Origin: a bacterium
Lineage (GTDB): Bacteria > Patescibacteriota > UBA1384 > XYA2-FULL-43-10 > JAKAMI01
Length of the DNA: 64,000 nucleotides
Assembly: GCA_021812945.1 (NCBI GenBank)
Contig: JAKAMI010000002.1
Location: 1,047 to 65,046, forward strand
Reading direction: 5' to 3'
In this document: piece by piece, positions 63,399 to 64,000 of the stretch
Layout of the letters: every line of letters begins with the position of its first letter
Numbering within the stretch: the first letter of the stretch is position 1
The notes under the pieces: generated by a model
Seen by the model: the letters and a program-made list of their open reading frames with translations, nothing else
Told to the model about the DNA's origin: nothing
The model's database searches: none
Translations under genes and position numbers: made by a program

Positions 63399-64000
63399 CG
63401 TTTACTCCTTTCTTGGTTAGTAATTGATTTAACAAAAGCTTTTTCTAAAGACTGGCCTTTTTTAATAAAGTCGGAGATTTTGCCGGATTTGATGATTTTA
63501 CCCTTGTTAATAATCGCCACTCGGTCGCAGAGCTCTTCGATGTCGGCCAGGATGTGGCTTGAGATCAGTATGGTTTTGCCCTGTTTTTTGAGATCGAGTA
63601 GGATGTTTTTGACCTCCGAGCGGCCGATTGGGTCGAGGCCGTCAAGCGGTTCGTCGAGTAGTAGAATCTCCGGATCGCCAACCAAAGCCTGGGCGATACC
63701 CAGCCGCTGGCGCATACCTTTGGAATAGTTGCGGACATACTTTTTTGTTTCATCGCCGAGGCCAACGAGTCCGAGTAGCTCATCAGCCTGCTCTTTAGCA
63801 TTATTTTTATTGATCTTTTGCAACTCGGCCACGAAGACCAGAAACTCCCGTCCGGTCAGGTACTCGTAAAAATACGGATCCTCCGGCATATAGCCGAGAT
63901 GCCGGTGGCTTTGGATATTTTTTGATTCTAAATTGTTTATAACAATTTCGCCTTCGGTCGCCCAAACTAAGCCGACAATGGCCTTTAGAGTGGTGGTTTT
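63395..64000 (-). CDS. ABC transporter ATP-binding protein (PilH-like), 5' end beyond the window
   Basis: Frame open to the window edge (KTTTLKAIVGL); YSKGMRQRLG, LLLDEPLDGLDP, SSH. Confidence 0.9.
   Translation of the reverse strand, partial: KTTTLKAIVGLVWATEGEIVINNLESKNIQSHRHLGYMPEDPYFYEYLTGREFLVFVAELQKINKNNAKEQADELLGLVGLGDETKKYVRNYSKGMRQRLGIAQALVGDPEILLLDEPLDGLDPIGRSEVKNILLDLKKQGKTILISSHILADIEELCDRVAIINKGKIIKSGKISDFIKKGQSLEKAFVKSITNQERSKR

Overview
This 64-kb window looks like chromosome from a small-genome bacterium. A Patescibacteria/CPR-like origin is inferred from the C-terminally short ValS, a TrmB regulator, type IV pilus genes and many leaderless promoters; TGA is used as a stop codon. 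Core content: murE, femAB-like, tsaD, valS, tRNA-Arg(CCG), an rml/wzx/galU/uxs/ugd/GT glycan cluster, an ISL3 element, a type IV pilus cluster, dnaX, dnaB, pcrA, a G5/Rpf-like gene, rsmA, NRAMP, vanW-like, recG, comEA, tRNA-Leu(TAG), an O-antigen-ligase/TPR gene and an ABC transporter. Four things stand out. (1) About ten families of short palindromic or 7-10-nt periodic repeats occupy intergenic spacers and are also inserted in frame, roughly 25 times, into essential genes (tsaD, valS, rsmA, recG, pcrA, dnaX, rmlD, femAB). Two four-helix-bundle (bAvd/23S-IVP-like) genes are each wrapped in their own repeat family. (2) A ~4.8-kb integrase-less island is bounded by a 123-bp duplicated glycosyltransferase 3' end. 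It holds TrmB, divergent consensus promoters sharing a GTCAT-N7-TTGAC box, and a ~2-kb structured transcript with two small ORFs, a duplicated covarying pseudoknot motif I do not recognise, and a canonical hammerhead ribozyme. (3) The PilB/GspE ATPase has an N-terminal HU/IHF-like domain. (4) An orphan Phd/YefM domain carries a ~290-aa disordered tail. All calls are by eye from motifs and the ORF track; no searches were run.
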